A stretch of 64,000 nt of DNA from Setoptus koraiensis (GCA_048013815.1 CM106585.1:10974001-11038000), one strand, 5' to 3'. Shown: positions 25,731 through 40,124, numbered from the stretch's first letter. A program made the numbers and translations. The notes: generated by a model not told the origin, from the sequence alone.

Positions 25731-28700
25731 ATGGATCGTCGAAACCAGTTCAGCCTGGTAAAATCCCAGGCCAATTATTTATTTGAGGGTGACTTTCGAC
25801 GTAGACCGGCTCAAAATTTATCTGGAGCAAGCAGAAGCTTAGCCAGGATGGAATTACTTCAGCAAGCTGCAGAGCAAAGGAGAAGCAGGGAAGATAATCG
25901 ACGCAGAGAAAGTGCAGCCCTCATAATCCAATCATGTTGGAGAAAATACAGATCTAATAATGCTCATGTAAGTTAATTTGTTTTGAACCCCGTCTCTTTA
26001 TTTTCTTACAGACACTGTGACACAGCAATGTATCTTATCCAAATTTGCAGGGTTCGACCATGAGATCAAATTTTGACAATCTAGTCAATAAGGTGGGACG
26101 GCGGGGCATAACTGAGGAAGAACTAGAATCTGTTGTTCCAGCCTTCCTTATTTTCTTCAGAGCTTCGAAGGACCAGGATAGACTCATATGGATAAGTAAA
26201 AAGATCCTGATCGATCAAAAGCGTATCACTCAATTGTTACAAACCATGCATCACAGATGGCTCTACAGGATATGTAAACTGCTTCATCTAAATCTCAATT
26301 TATTAAATGAATCCTGCATTGGTAATAGACCCATTGCAACGCAATTACGTATCCTAGAAGTGTTTACGACGGAATCTATCTACACTCCCCCGAAGAACAA
26401 AACCAATGCGGACGACAACTCCGACTCAATGCAATTTGAACCTGAAAGTACTTCAATCTTACGACTATCAATGGTTTGGAGAATTCTGATAAAGAGTAAG
26501 CTATTTAGTATATTAAGGAAGCTAGTAGATCAACGTGTTCCGGTTCCATCCGAATCCACCATAAATCCGCCTACAGAACTTGCCCAATCTCTGGCTGAAT
26601 TGATTAGACATGCCCTGGATTGGCCATCTGCTGACCATCAGTCACGATGTTTGCTCATAGGCTCTTTCTTGGGAGAATTCTTTGCTGGCCCATTGAGCCC
26701 CCAAGTAGACCTGTTTTTCGCACCGTATCTTGCCTATCATATGCCTACGAATCTCAGAGCTATAAATTTGGTTAGTGTTTTGAGAGGACCCTTCCCTGAA
26801 ACAATAAGACTCTACACGGACGGCCAGGAGAAAATTTGGGATAGCGAAATGCTCGATCCCTCGGACAAACCATCATTTGAACCCTATCAACATCTAATTT
26901 GGATGTGTCACTCTTTCTTGAAACTAATCCATCGAAACGTTGCTAGACTCAGTGAGGACGATGCACACTCATACCTCCTTATTTTGAAGGCATTCATGGT
27001 GCCAGTTACATTTTTTTCAGAATTATCATTCATCAATCAGACCAACGACGATGATCCAGAAGAAGAATACTTTGAAGATACTACTGAAATGTCTGACGCT
27101 GTCTGGTCTTATTCTAGAAAACCAAGAGACCAAACTAATAACATAGATGAGGCAATATCAAGAATGATAAGCTCTCTAAATGAACCTAATCACGTGGATT
27201 TCTTGATCAATCTGATAGCACCAGCTAAGGATGTTGATAACAACGCGCGAAAGAATGTATCCTTCACTCAATCTTTCGATGCAATCGTCAAGATTTGCTA
27301 TCTTATGCTTACTCATGAACATCTTGCAGTATTCGAATGCCGCCTACTGTACACTTTGGCCTTCAGACCTACATTCTTGAGACAGCTTTGGAGATATATC
27401 CTTACCGCCGCTAGCCCTTGCTTATTTGGTAACCCTACGCCAGTATATTCTATGTTGGCCCGTGGGACCAATATTGGACCGGAAGTCTGGCCTCTTATAG
27501 TTCCTCATTTGAGCTTATTCTGTTCTTTGTTCAGTTATCTTTTGCCTACTTTAGATGACGAGGAATTTTACGAGATCAGTAAGAATGATTTGATACTCGA
27601 AGTAGCTGCCGGAAAGCAACGACATAATACAAATAAGCGTAATAGTTCCATGCCATTCAAAGTAAGCAACGAACTTGTCTTAATCTGCTCCACTTTACGT
27701 GATATATGTGTTGGTCTAGTTGAGATTACCTATCAAGATCAAAGACCGGGGTATATGAGAACAGCCGACTGGTCAAATCAAGATGTACACACCAAGTTAT
27801 TTTCTAGACGGGCTGAGGGCCTTTTTAGAACCATAGTGAGGCTCGTCAGACAGTTACATTTACGCGATTCCAGGCGCCAATTCTGTCCAGAAGGTATGTA
27901 TCTTTCACAATTCGTAATTTGAAAACTATCAATCTCTTCGTAGTATTCATGATTTTTTTTTTTTTTGAAAAAATGACACGAAATAATAAAATTTAGGTCA
28001 TTGGATTAGCCCAAGTGTGCAAATACCGCCTAGTAAAAGAATTGACTTTGAGGCTTGTATTAATTTCAGGAAAAGATTCTTCCGTTATGGAGCATTTAGG
28101 CACCTCACTAGGGAGGAGCTAGAAACGGAAGGTAACTATTTACATAATTTAAGATCTATTCAAATACTCTTCTTTTCTTATAAAAGTAAATCTAATATGA
28201 TGAATTGCTCTTGTTCGATCATGATTGAAAGGTCCCTCAATGGTTTCAAGTGATATTAGAACTGTGGTGATACTCCAAGAGATACCGTTTGTGGTATCAT
28301 TCCATGATCGTGTTCAAATACTTCATTGTCTAATGGCCAAAGACAAAAAATCACATTATACCGAAGCCTATCATTTTGGTTTACCCGGTTCAACTATTCA
28401 AGTCCAAATTAGACGTAATTATATTTATGAGGATGCTTTCGAGAAGTTGTCGACTATCAACCAACCAAACTTGAAGCCACCTCTTCGTGTTTCCCTAGTC
28501 AATGCAGTAGGATTAGATGAGGCTGGCATCGACGGGGGTGGATTATTCAAAGAATTTCTTGGAGAATTACTTAAAACAGGCTTTGATCCAAATAGAGGCT
28601 TTTTCCGGTCAACAAAAGATCAACTATTATACCCTAATCCATCTGCTAAAATTCTGTTTGCTTCGAGTAGTCAGGGATACGATCAGCATTATGAATTCCT

Positions 28701-29490
28701 CGGCAGGATGCTAGGAAAGGGTATATATGAGAAGATTATGATAGAACTTCCACTCGCAACATTCTTCCTAGCCAAACTATTAGCCCGCCATTCAGCATCT
28801 GATGTAGATATTCACAATCTAGCTTCATTAGACCCCGTATTGCACAAAAATCTAGTATATTTGAAAAATTATCAAGGTGATGTCGCAGACTTGGGACTGG
28901 ATTTCACGATTGCTAATAATGAGTTAGGCGAAAACGAGATTGTCGAGCTGAAACCTGGCGGCTCAAAGATCGCTGTTACTGCCCAAAATAAGATAGAATA
29001 CGTTCACTTAGTTGCTGATTATCGTCTCAACAAACAAATACGTACTCAATGCGCTGCATTTAAAAGAGGTTTGTCTCAATTGTTGGATATCCACTGGATT
29101 AGAATGTTTGATCCGAAAGAATTACAGATATTGATCTCTGGTACACCTACAGCGATAGACTTGGATGATTTGCGTAGAAACACACATTACGCTAATGGTT
29201 ACACGGACACAGACTCAGCAATAGAAATATTCTGGCGTGTCATAAAGCAATTTGAGGAAAACCAGAAGAGAAAATTGCTCAAATTTGTAACATCATGCTC
29301 GCTACCCCCTCTTCTAGGCTTCAAAGACTTGGTGCCTCAGTTTACCATAGCACCAACTGAACCAACTAGATTGCCATCTGCTTCTACTTGTATGAATTTG
29401 TTGAAGTTGCCTAGATGCGAGGACGAAGGTAGCATGAAATCAAAGATTAGCTATGCAATTGAATTTAATTCAGGATTTGAATTAAGTTGA
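25731..29490 (+). CDS. UBE3C: HECT E3 ubiquitin ligase UBE3C-like with IQ motif, 4 exons, about 1157 aa
   Basis: Exons 25731-25967, 26051-27893, 27997-28131 and 28232-29490, all GT-AG and in frame. N-terminal FEGDFRRRPAQNL, IQ motif IIQSCWRKYR, HECT AGIDGGGLFKEF, catalytic RLPSASTCMNLLKLP, C-terminal GFELS. Confidence 0.95.
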
Positions 29491-29806
29491 GCGTTTACAA
29501 TAACGTGTCACAACAAGAAACTTTGGAGCAATATAATAAAAACACTATAACAATTAAATTGATTGGGACATGGGTGTCATAGGCCGCACACCATGTACGT
29601 GTGATATCATAGTACCTTTAATGTAAACACCGATGCTGTTATATACAGTTTCCTAAAAGAAAAAGAGTCTGTATAAAAAAATATATAGATAGAGTTGTTT
29701 CTCACCAGACAGTACTATTGAACCGAGTGCGGTATTTGTTTTGTCTTCATCTTCCTTCACATTGTGTGTAAATGAAAAATAAATGCATGTACATTGTGTC
29801 CATATT

Positions 29807-30316
29807 CTATTCTTTTTTGACAGATGTCATTTCGGATGAAGGGAGTAGGTCAAGAGCGTCTCTGTTGGAGCTTGGCGAGGTTGGCTGTTTGTCGGCCTTC
29901 ATACCCTGGGTGGCTAGCATCTCTAGATCAAATGCCTTGCGTGATTTTTTGAGTTCTTCATTCATGAGTAGCAAGTCTTTTACACGGGCATGCTTCCTGG
30001 GGTCCCTTCTGACTAGATACATAATATCATCGACAGTTATCTTGCCCGATCGTCCTACCTCCATGGCTTTTCTTGTCATTTCTGTGATATATTTGATGAC
30101 TAAATCCTCTAGTAGGTCAACACTTTCAGTATAAGGGTTCCTATCGTCCCCAAATCCATACATCATACATCTGAGTTCCTTGCTGTATAATCTCGATCCA
30201 GTTGCAGGTGGTGGACCCATGACGTTTTCGTTTGTCGAGGCCATTGTGTTGGGCTGTTGTTGATTGCCGGTCTGCCTATTTGAGGTCTGTTGTTCGTTTT
30301 GTTGTTGGTTGTCCAT
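29807..30316 (-). CDS. TAF13: TFIID subunit 13 (histone fold), intronless, 169 aa
   Basis: LYSKELRCMMYGFGDDRNPYTESVDLLEDLVIKYITEMTRKA...RRDPRKHARVKDLLLMNEELKKSRKAFD. First ATG at 30316. Confidence 0.96.
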   Translation of the reverse strand: MDNQQQNEQQTSNRQTGNQQQPNTMASTNENVMGPPPATGSRLYSKELRCMMYGFGDDRNPYTESVDLLEDLVIKYITEMTRKAMEVGRSGKITVDDIMYLVRRDPRKHARVKDLLLMNEELKKSRKAFDLEMLATQGMKADKQPTSPSSNRDALDLLPSSEMTSVKKE

Positions 30317-31769
30317 TCGTTTCAATTATTATTCTATTGTAAATGTAGCTACACGTGAAAGGCATTAACTAAACAAATATCAGCAAATCAACTGTTTGTA
30401 GCGATTTATTAAAACGATTTTGATTTTGACATGAGGCGCGTGAGTCCGAGGGGTCAAGTCACTTAAACTAACCCCAAACTTTATATACTAATATAATTAG
30501 TTTAATGGAAGTCTGGCCTCCGTCGACAATAAAATTGAGATGACCAGAATCATAATAAAATCAATCAAAACAAAAACACACGGTTTGTGCACAATGTGAG
30601 TAAAGCGAGTATTTGCACAAATTTAACAAAATACACCCGCACAGAACAAATCTTCAGAAGTTGCAGCGTGTTGTTAGGCGCGCAGAAAGCGCCGATTATA
30701 GATACTGTGCGTGTGGTGCACATTACTATTTGGCATACACATTCGGCGCATAGTGAACTTATCAACTCACCGGTATCGCCACCTTGCTCACCGGTCAGTT
30801 GGCGCCGCCAAGGTGAGACAGGTGAAATAGTAACGACAAGCAAAGGATTGTTGTGAATATATTAAATGTACATGTTCAAATCGATCAACATTAGCCGATC
30901 ACATATGTTTGGGTGGCACGTAGTCATGGGTCCGGTAGCGAGAGCAGAGCGCGTAGTGAGGCGGATTTATGGCGCGGCATTGAATTTTTCTGGCCGGATT
31001 CCGATCTCGTGACCGGACCAGACGGCTCCGTCCATCTCACCGTTTGTATGTCTAGCTGGTGTCAATGTTGCGCAATCTCACAGTGACCGGCTAGCCGGAG
31101 AGGTCGCATAGAGGCGCTTGCGCACTGCGTGTGATGTGTGTGTGTCTTTATGGCAATTTGTCGACAATGACTCTTCCCATCGGCACCAACTTTGGCCCCA
31201 ACTTTTGCTTCAAGATAATTGGAAAGTGCGTGGGCACCGGCACCAATGCACCAGCACAGGCAACAGCAACAACAACACCAGCAACAACAATATCATCAAG
31301 CAACAAGAACAACAATAAATGATAATAATTAAGCATTGGTCTATGTAGACACTTGCACTGTGTTTCCACCTTGATCGACATTTGTGAGTTTATTTATCGC
31401 TATCATTGCAAACACACGCGGCGCTTCAATGATAATATTAACGTGTAACGTCCAGGTTGTTTAGTTGTAATACAAACACAAGAATTGCGTCGCCAGATAG
31501 AATAGTTTAGAATGTACAAGTCAAATCAAAAGTTGACCATTGTATCAGTTGTATCAGTTTGTGTGGCCGCGGCCAAATGACGACGAAATTGAGCGTTGTG
31601 CTGAGTAGATCCAATTGATAGAAATTTGATAAATTCGCATAGGGTCGCATAGTCGCTAGTGGCAGTGAGCCGATCGCCACCGTGTTATTTGCCTAGCGCT
31701 GCTCGGGATAGTATTGGTGACAATTTGACAAGCACACATAACAAGTGAGACAAGCCCACACTGAACCAG

Positions 31770-32140
31770 GTGAATGGAATTGAGACAATTGGAATTAATT
31801 GAGACAATTTTGCGTAAAATTAGTCAGTTTTACTATTACTTGTTTGCCATTTGTAGCACCACGTACAGCGTTAGATGTGGCAACTTTTATCCGTTTATGT
31901 CTGACTGCATTCAATTGTTGTGGTTGTTGTCGCCAAACAGTGCGCTATTTATCTTTCTCCTTCAATAGTTCAATAATGGCCTAGTTACAGGTCGCAAACG
32001 CATACACACCTAGTGCTACATATAGTGAGACATAAATTATTTTTGTTTGATCGACCACTTGCAACATGATATATCCGCGCTACTAACAGACAAGCCAAGT
32101 ATACAAGTGGCAGTGGCTCAATCGGAGAGTATTCATCAGC
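31770..32140 (+). pseudogene. Possible SLC22/MFS transporter relic
   Basis: Across frames: EWN*DNW, LRKISQFYY, YSVRCG, LLSPNSALFIF, KWQWL. The order resembles SLC22 EWxLVCD...QS...SDRxG...FSPN...WRWL. Many disablements. Confidence 0.22.
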
Positions 32141-34889
32141 ATCACCGTCAGCATCATTGTCAGCATCATCGTCAGCATCACCGTCAGCATCAGACGCAAT
32201 CAATATTTTGTAGCAACAATATTGTGAGATAGAGAGTTGTTACCAAGATCAGCGCTTATCCAGGCACATTGAGTCTCAACACATAGAGCCCACTGACCTC
32301 TATGGAACGAGATTTGTTGTGAAGCCTTGCAACTCACGTACACACAACGCCAACAGCACGTCATATACACAAAACGAAGCGAAAACGTCTTGCCAAAATG
32401 GAGCAGCCCTCATGGCTGATAGCAAAAGCATTGTTTGTTTGTTTATCTGGAGCACACATAGGTGTTTGTGCATGAGGCTGGATCTCTCTTGTTAAAGTTG
32501 GACAATTGTTTGGTAGAACGTGCGTGCCAATCGAGCCAGTCTGGGCCATGCCAAACAAAATCAATATTGCTATTGAAGGATATATATATATATATAAGAC
32601 AGCACAAAACAGTTATCCAGTTCACCACTAACCAATAATTTGGCGCAACAAGCAACAACCAGCCAACAACGAGCATCGAGCGAATCTCATGAGTGCCAAG
32701 TTCCGTCTTCCGGTTTAATTGTAAACAAGTCGAACAAGCCAGATTCGGCCAGATTTGGCCAGATCTAGCTGAGATTTGGCTGAGTAGCAGTAGCAATATA
32801 TAGTAGCAATATCATATATATATATATTATATTAAAAGATATTATAATAATGGGTCAGCGGTGGCAGATAAATAACAATTGAAGAAGAGTTCATCACAAC
32901 ACACAATAGATTCGTCATTGTTGAGCTGAGTACATGCACCAAATTGAACTGATAGTATCTATTGGGGCGCCACAACATCAGGTTGTTGAGAAATTGTTTG
33001 TTGAATTGTGAGAGCGAGTGCGAGTTTTTAACAGCGAGTGTGCCAATTGTGGGCAAGTGTCGAAGTGGCCAAGCAAACAAGAATGAAAAAAGAACTCATT
33101 TCCAGAGGCATTTCTCAGCAGCAGCAGCAACAACAACAGCAACAGCGGCGCCAAATCGCACAACAACAAATTGTTAACAATCGACAAAGAAGCGACCAAG
33201 CAAACAGCGAAAGGAGCTAGCGACACAACGACACACGCGAACAATAATATTAATATTAATAATATACAATAAGAAGTTTTGCTTGTCGCAGCAGCGCCGG
33301 CTACATCGGCCCAACCAGCGACCAGCAACCAACAACCACAACTCAACAACCAACAGCCACGACGCGACAACCAACAGCCACGACGCGACAACCAACAGCC
33401 ACGACTCGACAACGGCGCCAGCAAGCAGCCAAAAAACGAAAGAATTCAATTTAAATTGATTAGCCGCTAGCGTTGTCAGCGAAAAACAGGTGAGTGTCAG
33501 CCATATCTCGCATTTGTATCTGGCCCACAGTTATTGGGCGCACGTTGTTTTGTTGGCATGTTTCCACTTTGCCGGATGGCTGCTTGATGCAAACTGAAGC
33601 GCCAATTGGCCAGTTATAAAGTTGAGGAGGGGGGGGGCGCCCCCTTCAAAAGAGCACAGCTTGTTGCCCGACTTGTTTGTTATTTACTCTTTTGTTGTCG
33701 TTGTTGTCGCTGTTGTTGTTGTCGCTGTTGTTGTTGTTCCCATTTTGCGAAGAATTTTCTCTCTGTCCAAATTCTAATAAACGACACACAAGAATACATT
33801 TCTGTTGAGCTGTCATTTTTATTTTTATTACAACCATTGCCTCACTGCTACCACTACGCTGACACTTTATCTGTTGGCCTGCAACGGGACCGCACAAACG
33901 CACTCACGTAGTTGCATCACGACCAATGTCACTGTTGCTCGCTAACGGGCTGCTCTTAGGCGTCGCACAAGATAAATGTCGCCAGTCGATAACTAAAGTG
34001 AAAAGTGGCGCACCCACATAAAGAACACACAAGACAAGCTCTGGTGGGGCCCGGCGAGCTGGTTTTTATATGTTGCGCCGGTGCAAACGGGAGGCGCCTC
34101 GTTACAGCCGGCATTTGCGTGCGAGATTGGCCAACTCTTTCCGTTGGCCGTTCTCTGTGCGTTCTCTGGACGGTCTTCGGGCGTTCTCTGTGCGTTGTGT
34201 GGACGTTCTCTCGAGATTGTTCGGGCGCTGACGCGCTACACAGCCGCAACAGCAACACAATGTTTGTTATTAGGGCGCACCGGAAGTTGCAATTAGCGCT
34301 GGCTGCTTGAATTGCGTTGTCTGTTGAATTGGCACGCCGGGGCCGCTGCAATGGCACAGCGCACAGACAACGTGCGCTCGACAAAGTGGTGCTGTTGTTA
34401 TAATTGTGCATGCACTACGTGGGGCCCCACAACTGCGCAAATATGCAAGTTGGGCGCACACAAGGAAGCGCGCCTGTCACGAGGGCCCATACATTACATG
34501 GTGGTGCGCGATGCAGTGCGCCAGTCATAATTGATTAATTGTTTCTAGCTCGCTAGCGACGACACGACGAGCGTGGCCTTTACAAGGGCGGCTCGGTTAT
34601 GTAAGACGCGCTTTATGACACTGTTTATACGCACAATTCATAGCGGCACACACATGATGTATGAAATGACGGTGCCGGCACATGCACGCTCAAGTTGCTC
34701 GCGATCCCTTCGGCTCGAGTGTTGATATTGCTGGTTGTTGCACGTGGCAACATGGACGCTGCACGCGGCAACGTGGGCCGCCCATGATAGGCGACAGGCT
34801 GTGTTTTATCAACAGGGTGCAAGGGGCCAGATTGGTGGCGCTGAAAAAGTTTATTCTGGGCGCCCCCGATTGCCGGCGAGAGTCGCGAG

Positions 34890-34988
34890 GCGAGCGTCCC
34901 AAAAGCGAGCGTTTCGAAGCGAGCGTCCCGAAGCGAGCGTCTCGGAGCGAGCGTCCCGAAGCGAGCGTCTCGGAGCGAGCGTCTCGAA
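34890..34988. repeat. 14-bp tandem repeat, about 7 copies
   Basis: Unit GCGAGCGT(C/T)(C/T)CG(A/G)A repeated. Confidence 0.85.
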
Positions 34989-37900
34989 TGCGCGCGCCAG
35001 CACGGGCCGCTGATCAAAGTTTAAACATGCCTTGTTGGCCCCCGCAACACGCAATGTTTGCGGACACGTTAGCGTTGTATTGTTTTTGGTGCGACGAAGC
35101 AGCTTCATTGTGACACTGTTAGCAGTGGCATTAGTTGGCACTCATTACTTAAGGAATTCTTTTCAGTTTTTCTTTCTTGGCCACTGTTTGCCAGACTGGG
35201 GCCTCGCACACCAAACTGGCGCTGGCACATGTGACAGTAATTCGTGCGGAGATGGCCCAAATAAACAGCCAACAGCGGATAATAAACAGCGAGCCAGCGC
35301 AAAAGTGAGAGTGCCTATACTCACAAGTGAGAGAAGCCAAACAAGCGAGCGAGCGGGCGCCCCAAAAGCCGGCAAGAGGCCACTTTTGTCACTTAGATGG
35401 AACAGCGACAACAAGGAATAAATTCCCACTATTACCAGGCACTTGTGCACTGTTTTTGTTGTGTGCGCTCTGTTTGAACAGTGTGCCTATTTGAACAGTG
35501 TGCCTATTTGAGCAGTGTGTGTGTGTGTGTGTGTGTTGAACACTGCATGTATTTAAGCGGCAACACGCACACGTACGCCGACAGCAACAACCGACAGCAA
35601 CAACCGACTCAACACCGGCTCGTGGCGCGCTTGATTTAGATAAAAAGTCGGCCAGCGCCATATTTTATCTATCATATTTTATCCGACTTGCCAGCTATCT
35701 TTGGTGGGCCCATTGTGCATTGTTTGCCATTGTTCTAGGCCCGCCAACTGGCGGCCGGCCGTTTGTTGACTCACTCTCCTCGTATCTCCGAATCTTTTCT
35801 TATCTCTGTCGCTCTCCGCGGGCCCCTGCTCGCCGAGCTCGCTCGCCAGCGAGTCGGCCGGCCACGTCTGGGCCCCTCTGGCCGGCGCACGTTTTGCGGG
35901 CCCTCGGACCGGCCAGATTCGCCGACTCGCCGCCAAGCCGCCGAGCCGCCGAGCGATGCGAGTGACTTGTTAGCTCGCCAGCGAGTCGGCAAGTCGGCCG
36001 GGCCATCTTGTTAAGCTCATATCGGCGCGCTTGTTGTGCGCCGGGCCCCAGCGAGTGGCGCGTCCCATCAAAACATCGCAACACTGGCCCACATAATCGG
36101 TGCAGAGGCGCCAAACAGCAAGCAGTCAAACAGTCCGACAGTCAATGCAACATATTAGATGCAGCCAGCGAGTGCCGGGGATAATTGGTTGTGGGGCGCT
36201 CGCCACTGTTGAATGGTGCTCAACTGATGGCAGTGCACCAGTGGCAATTACTAATTTACTACTAATTTAGCTGGTAGCAGCAGCCGCTGCCGCTATCATC
36301 GTGGTGCGCCTAATGTGACGGCCACTATGTGCTATTTGGCGGGTGCAGTGGCGATGTGCGATTGCACTCCATTCATCCAGTCTGTTGGAGTCGTTTCTTT
36401 TTCTTGTCCATGGGGTTCAAGCCATGGTTGTTCAGTGCCTCATACTCACCGCGCGAGCTGTTCATCATGGGCCCCCCAAATCGAGCCGCTGTCAGACGAA
36501 GAGCTGTGGCGCATCGCGGCCAATCGGCTGATTAAAATGGGGCCAGCATCGCACTCTGGCCGGCCCCATTGTGTTGCGCGCGACTTTATCCGGATAAACT
36601 CCCCACCAATCAAACACAATCTAGCTAGACAGCGAGAGCGCGTTGGCTGGCGCGCACTGACTTGATACTGACAACGTATTCATTATCTTGTCTCGCTCAC
36701 ATAATCTATCCAAGTCTGCATTGTCTACTCATACAAGGCACATGTGCATTGTTGTATATTGTTTATCACTACAGTGGCGCGATAATTACTCTTGTTGTTG
36801 TCGTCGTATATCGCACATGACTCACGTGATATGAGTTTGCGTATGAATGTGCGCCAGCATTTTCATCAAATCGGACAGCGCCGCTGACCGTTGAATCGAC
36901 GCGCCTCATTCATTGACCTCGGCCACTCGCCGAGCCCGATGAATGGGGCTTTTATGGGGCAATTAATGACAATTCATCAATTGCGCCAGTGATCGACAGT
37001 TGTGTTCGGTTGGGCCTCGTTCCGGTTGCGGTGGGCCCGTCGGAAAAACAGGAAATTTTCACGCGACTTCAATCGATTGAATACTGTCTCGGTATCGACC
37101 ATTGATTCGGTGATATCGGTGCCACGCGGCTACACGAGGTTCCCAGCCGAACAGCTGATCGACTTTTGCGATCAGTCGCCTGACTGATCGCAAAAGGCAA
37201 GAGGCGCAAGAGGCTCGCCACTGGCGAGCTTTACATGGCAAAAGTAGCGCAAAAGCTGCTAACTGTCGATGTCGTCATCTGAATCATCATTCATTGACCA
37301 CGCTACACAACAACCGATGATATTCGCGCCACGTGAACGATACGCGAAACATGCGCATATTTCGCATACCGTTCACATCATCGCATACATATAATATATA
37401 TATAATATAATATATTATGCGATATGGTGTAGGTGGCGTGATTTTGTTGTTATTTCATTAGTTGCACTTGATGCATGCGCCCGGGGTGCAGGGGCCCCAG
37501 CGCGCCGGCGGCTCACCTGTGCTCAGCTCGTGCCCACCGTTTGTTTGGCCCGTGATGCAGCACTTCTCGCGCTGGCCACCTCAGCGCACCACAACGCACC
37601 ACAACGCACCACAACGCACCTCAGCGCACCTCAGCGCGCCACAACACATTGTAACGCAGCTCAACACGCCGTAACAGCGCCCCCTGACACACCTAACATA
37701 CCTGTAATATTATGCAATCTGTAATATACGGCCAGCATTAGCGCCACCTGAGTCCGGTGCGTGGCGCGCGACTGTGTCGGCGTTAGCGCGAGTTACATTA
37801 GCGCGCAGTCGACGACAAGACAAGACGCTCGCTTACAAGACACTACAAACATTAGAAACATTATACAATAACATCTAATGGCCGCGTGAGAGGGGCCAAG

Positions 37901-38036
37901 TAAGTCGGGTCCCGGGGGATCCTGCGGGCCCCATCGCACAGATTATGGCTCATCTTGTGTGTGCGCGCGTACCAAATCAGATTAGATGCGCGCACCTAGG
38001 GAGGCGCTCGTCGTCGGCCTCTAGTTGTTGGCGTCG

Positions 38037-38040
38037 CTGT

Positions 38041-38105
<65 letters not shown>

Positions 38106-38108
38106 TTG
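38037..38108. repeat. (CTGTTG)n hexamer microsatellite
   Basis: Direct reading; it generates the spurious poly-C/poly-Q ORFs in the track. Confidence 0.95.
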
Positions 38109-40061
38109 GCCGTGTCGCTGTTGGCCGTGGCGTCGCTGGCGCGTTGCCCGCTCCCATGCGGGCAACGCGCGCCCCCTCTAAAACGGGCGCCCAATCTTGC
38201 ATAACATGTTGTTGCCGGCGCCACTAAAACGACTCTCCATGGATGAGCAAGCTCTCGCCTGCGCTCACTCGCTAACTTGCTCCCGCCGGCCGCTTCAGGT
38301 CTCGCGGCTGCCTCGGGTCTCGCGGCTGCTTTGGATCTCGCCGCTTCCCCGGGTCTCGCGGCGGCCTCAGGTCTCCCGGCTGCGGCCCGGGCGCCAGCGC
38401 GACACTGTAACACGTTCCCCTGCGCGCCCCATTTCGGCGAGCTCGAGGGGACGGCCTAATGCAATTGCATGCACACTCTCGGCCAGACAATGGCGCACGG
38501 AACGGGCGCCGGTCGCGGGCCGCACGAGCCGCTCGAGTCGCACGACGCGAGCGGCCCGCAATATTGACGATTGCCTATTGTCATTCTAAACTGCGTCGGC
38601 CCGACTCGGCTCGCTCGCTGGCCCGCAACCGCCGGCTAGTTTTGCAGACTTGAGCAGACGGCGGCGCGTTGAGGGGCGCCAAAGTAGCTGCCGTTAGGTT
38701 GGGGCCGCTGGGGCGCGCACGCGGTGCATGCATGGGTGCAATAGTACAATGGGCCTCAATGGAGACAAAAACATGAACATAATAGATGTAGACGAGCCAG
38801 CCGCGTCGTCTTGTCGCTGGTGCATTTCAATTATTTTAATAGCACCGGGCCGGGCGGCCGCCAAGACGACAGGTGACAGTGACAATGGCCTCTGCTCTGT
38901 TATTTTATTACGTTTTATTTCAATATCTGTCTGGCTGGCGCCCTTGTCGTTGCCGTTGTGGCGCTGTCGGCCTGTCGTTGGCGGCTCGGTGTTGTGAGGG
39001 GCGACATTAAATTAGCACACCAGCGGAGACCGCAGTTTATAGTCGTTTAGCCATAGTCCGGTTGACCGGGCTAATGAGCGCGTTTAGCGGGCTCGGGTGC
39101 GGCGGGCTCGGGCGCAGCTCGCCGGCGACAACCCGTTGGCTGGCTGCGCGAGCGAGCCAGCCAGCCAGCCAACGGGCGCATTTGGCATTTATCCGGTCTA
39201 GTTGTGTCGCCGGTCGCCAGGCCAGTGGTGCAGTCGGCAGCCGCAAGTCGGCACTCTGAGCCAGTCTGATACCTCTGGGCGCCCGCGCCCGGCCCACGCA
39301 AGCGACTATTAAGTGGGGCTCAGCTCGCCGGCGCAAATTTAAATCCAATTGTGCAATTGTCCAACAAACACAAATAATTCGAGCGAAATTGTTGGCGGGG
39401 CGCTCATTTGGGCCAGCCAGCCAGCCAGCCTCGTCGCGCGTTTTAAGTGAACTGGCTGAGCGCGCCACAAACCGGGGGCCCCAGTTTTGCCGACAATGCG
39501 AATGCGTTTTGCTTGTCAGCCAACAGCTAAAAGCAGCGCCGCCGGCGGGGGGCTTAAAATGATGATGATCCCCATGGCTAAGTGGCACGGCCGACCAATG
39601 GGGCCAATCGCGAGCCAGTTTTGCACGAGCTGGCTCGCTGCTGTGCGCCTGGCTGACACCCAGGGGATAGTGGGGCCCGCTCACCTGGCTCACGCTGGCT
39701 CAGTCATTCGATTTGTTAGTGGCGAACAGTTTGCACGGCGGGCGCGCACAAAATTCAAAATCTAAATATCTCATTTTACACTCAGCTGTCAATGTTCGTC
39801 ATTTAGCGACTTGCGTCACAGCCTATTAACCCGGCTAATAATTCCCGGCTATTGTTGGCGTTATTGTCGCTGGCTGGCTGTTGTCGTCGGCGTGGGCGTT
39901 GTTGTTGCCGCCGCCGTTGCTGTTGTCGTTGTTGCCGTCGCCGTTGTAGTTGTTGTTGGCGGTGGCGGTAGTTGTAGATGTTGTGAATACGCTAATACAC
40001 TTGTGAGGGCACTAATATAGTTGCGAGCTCACCAGTATATAGAGCCCCACTCCTGCGACCC

Positions 40062-40124
<63 letters not shown>

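Noticed and set aside
31799-31984. FNCCG resembling the tetraspanin CCG motif
   Set aside because: Arises from a TGT-rich micro-repeat; no flanking transmembrane helices or other conserved Cys.
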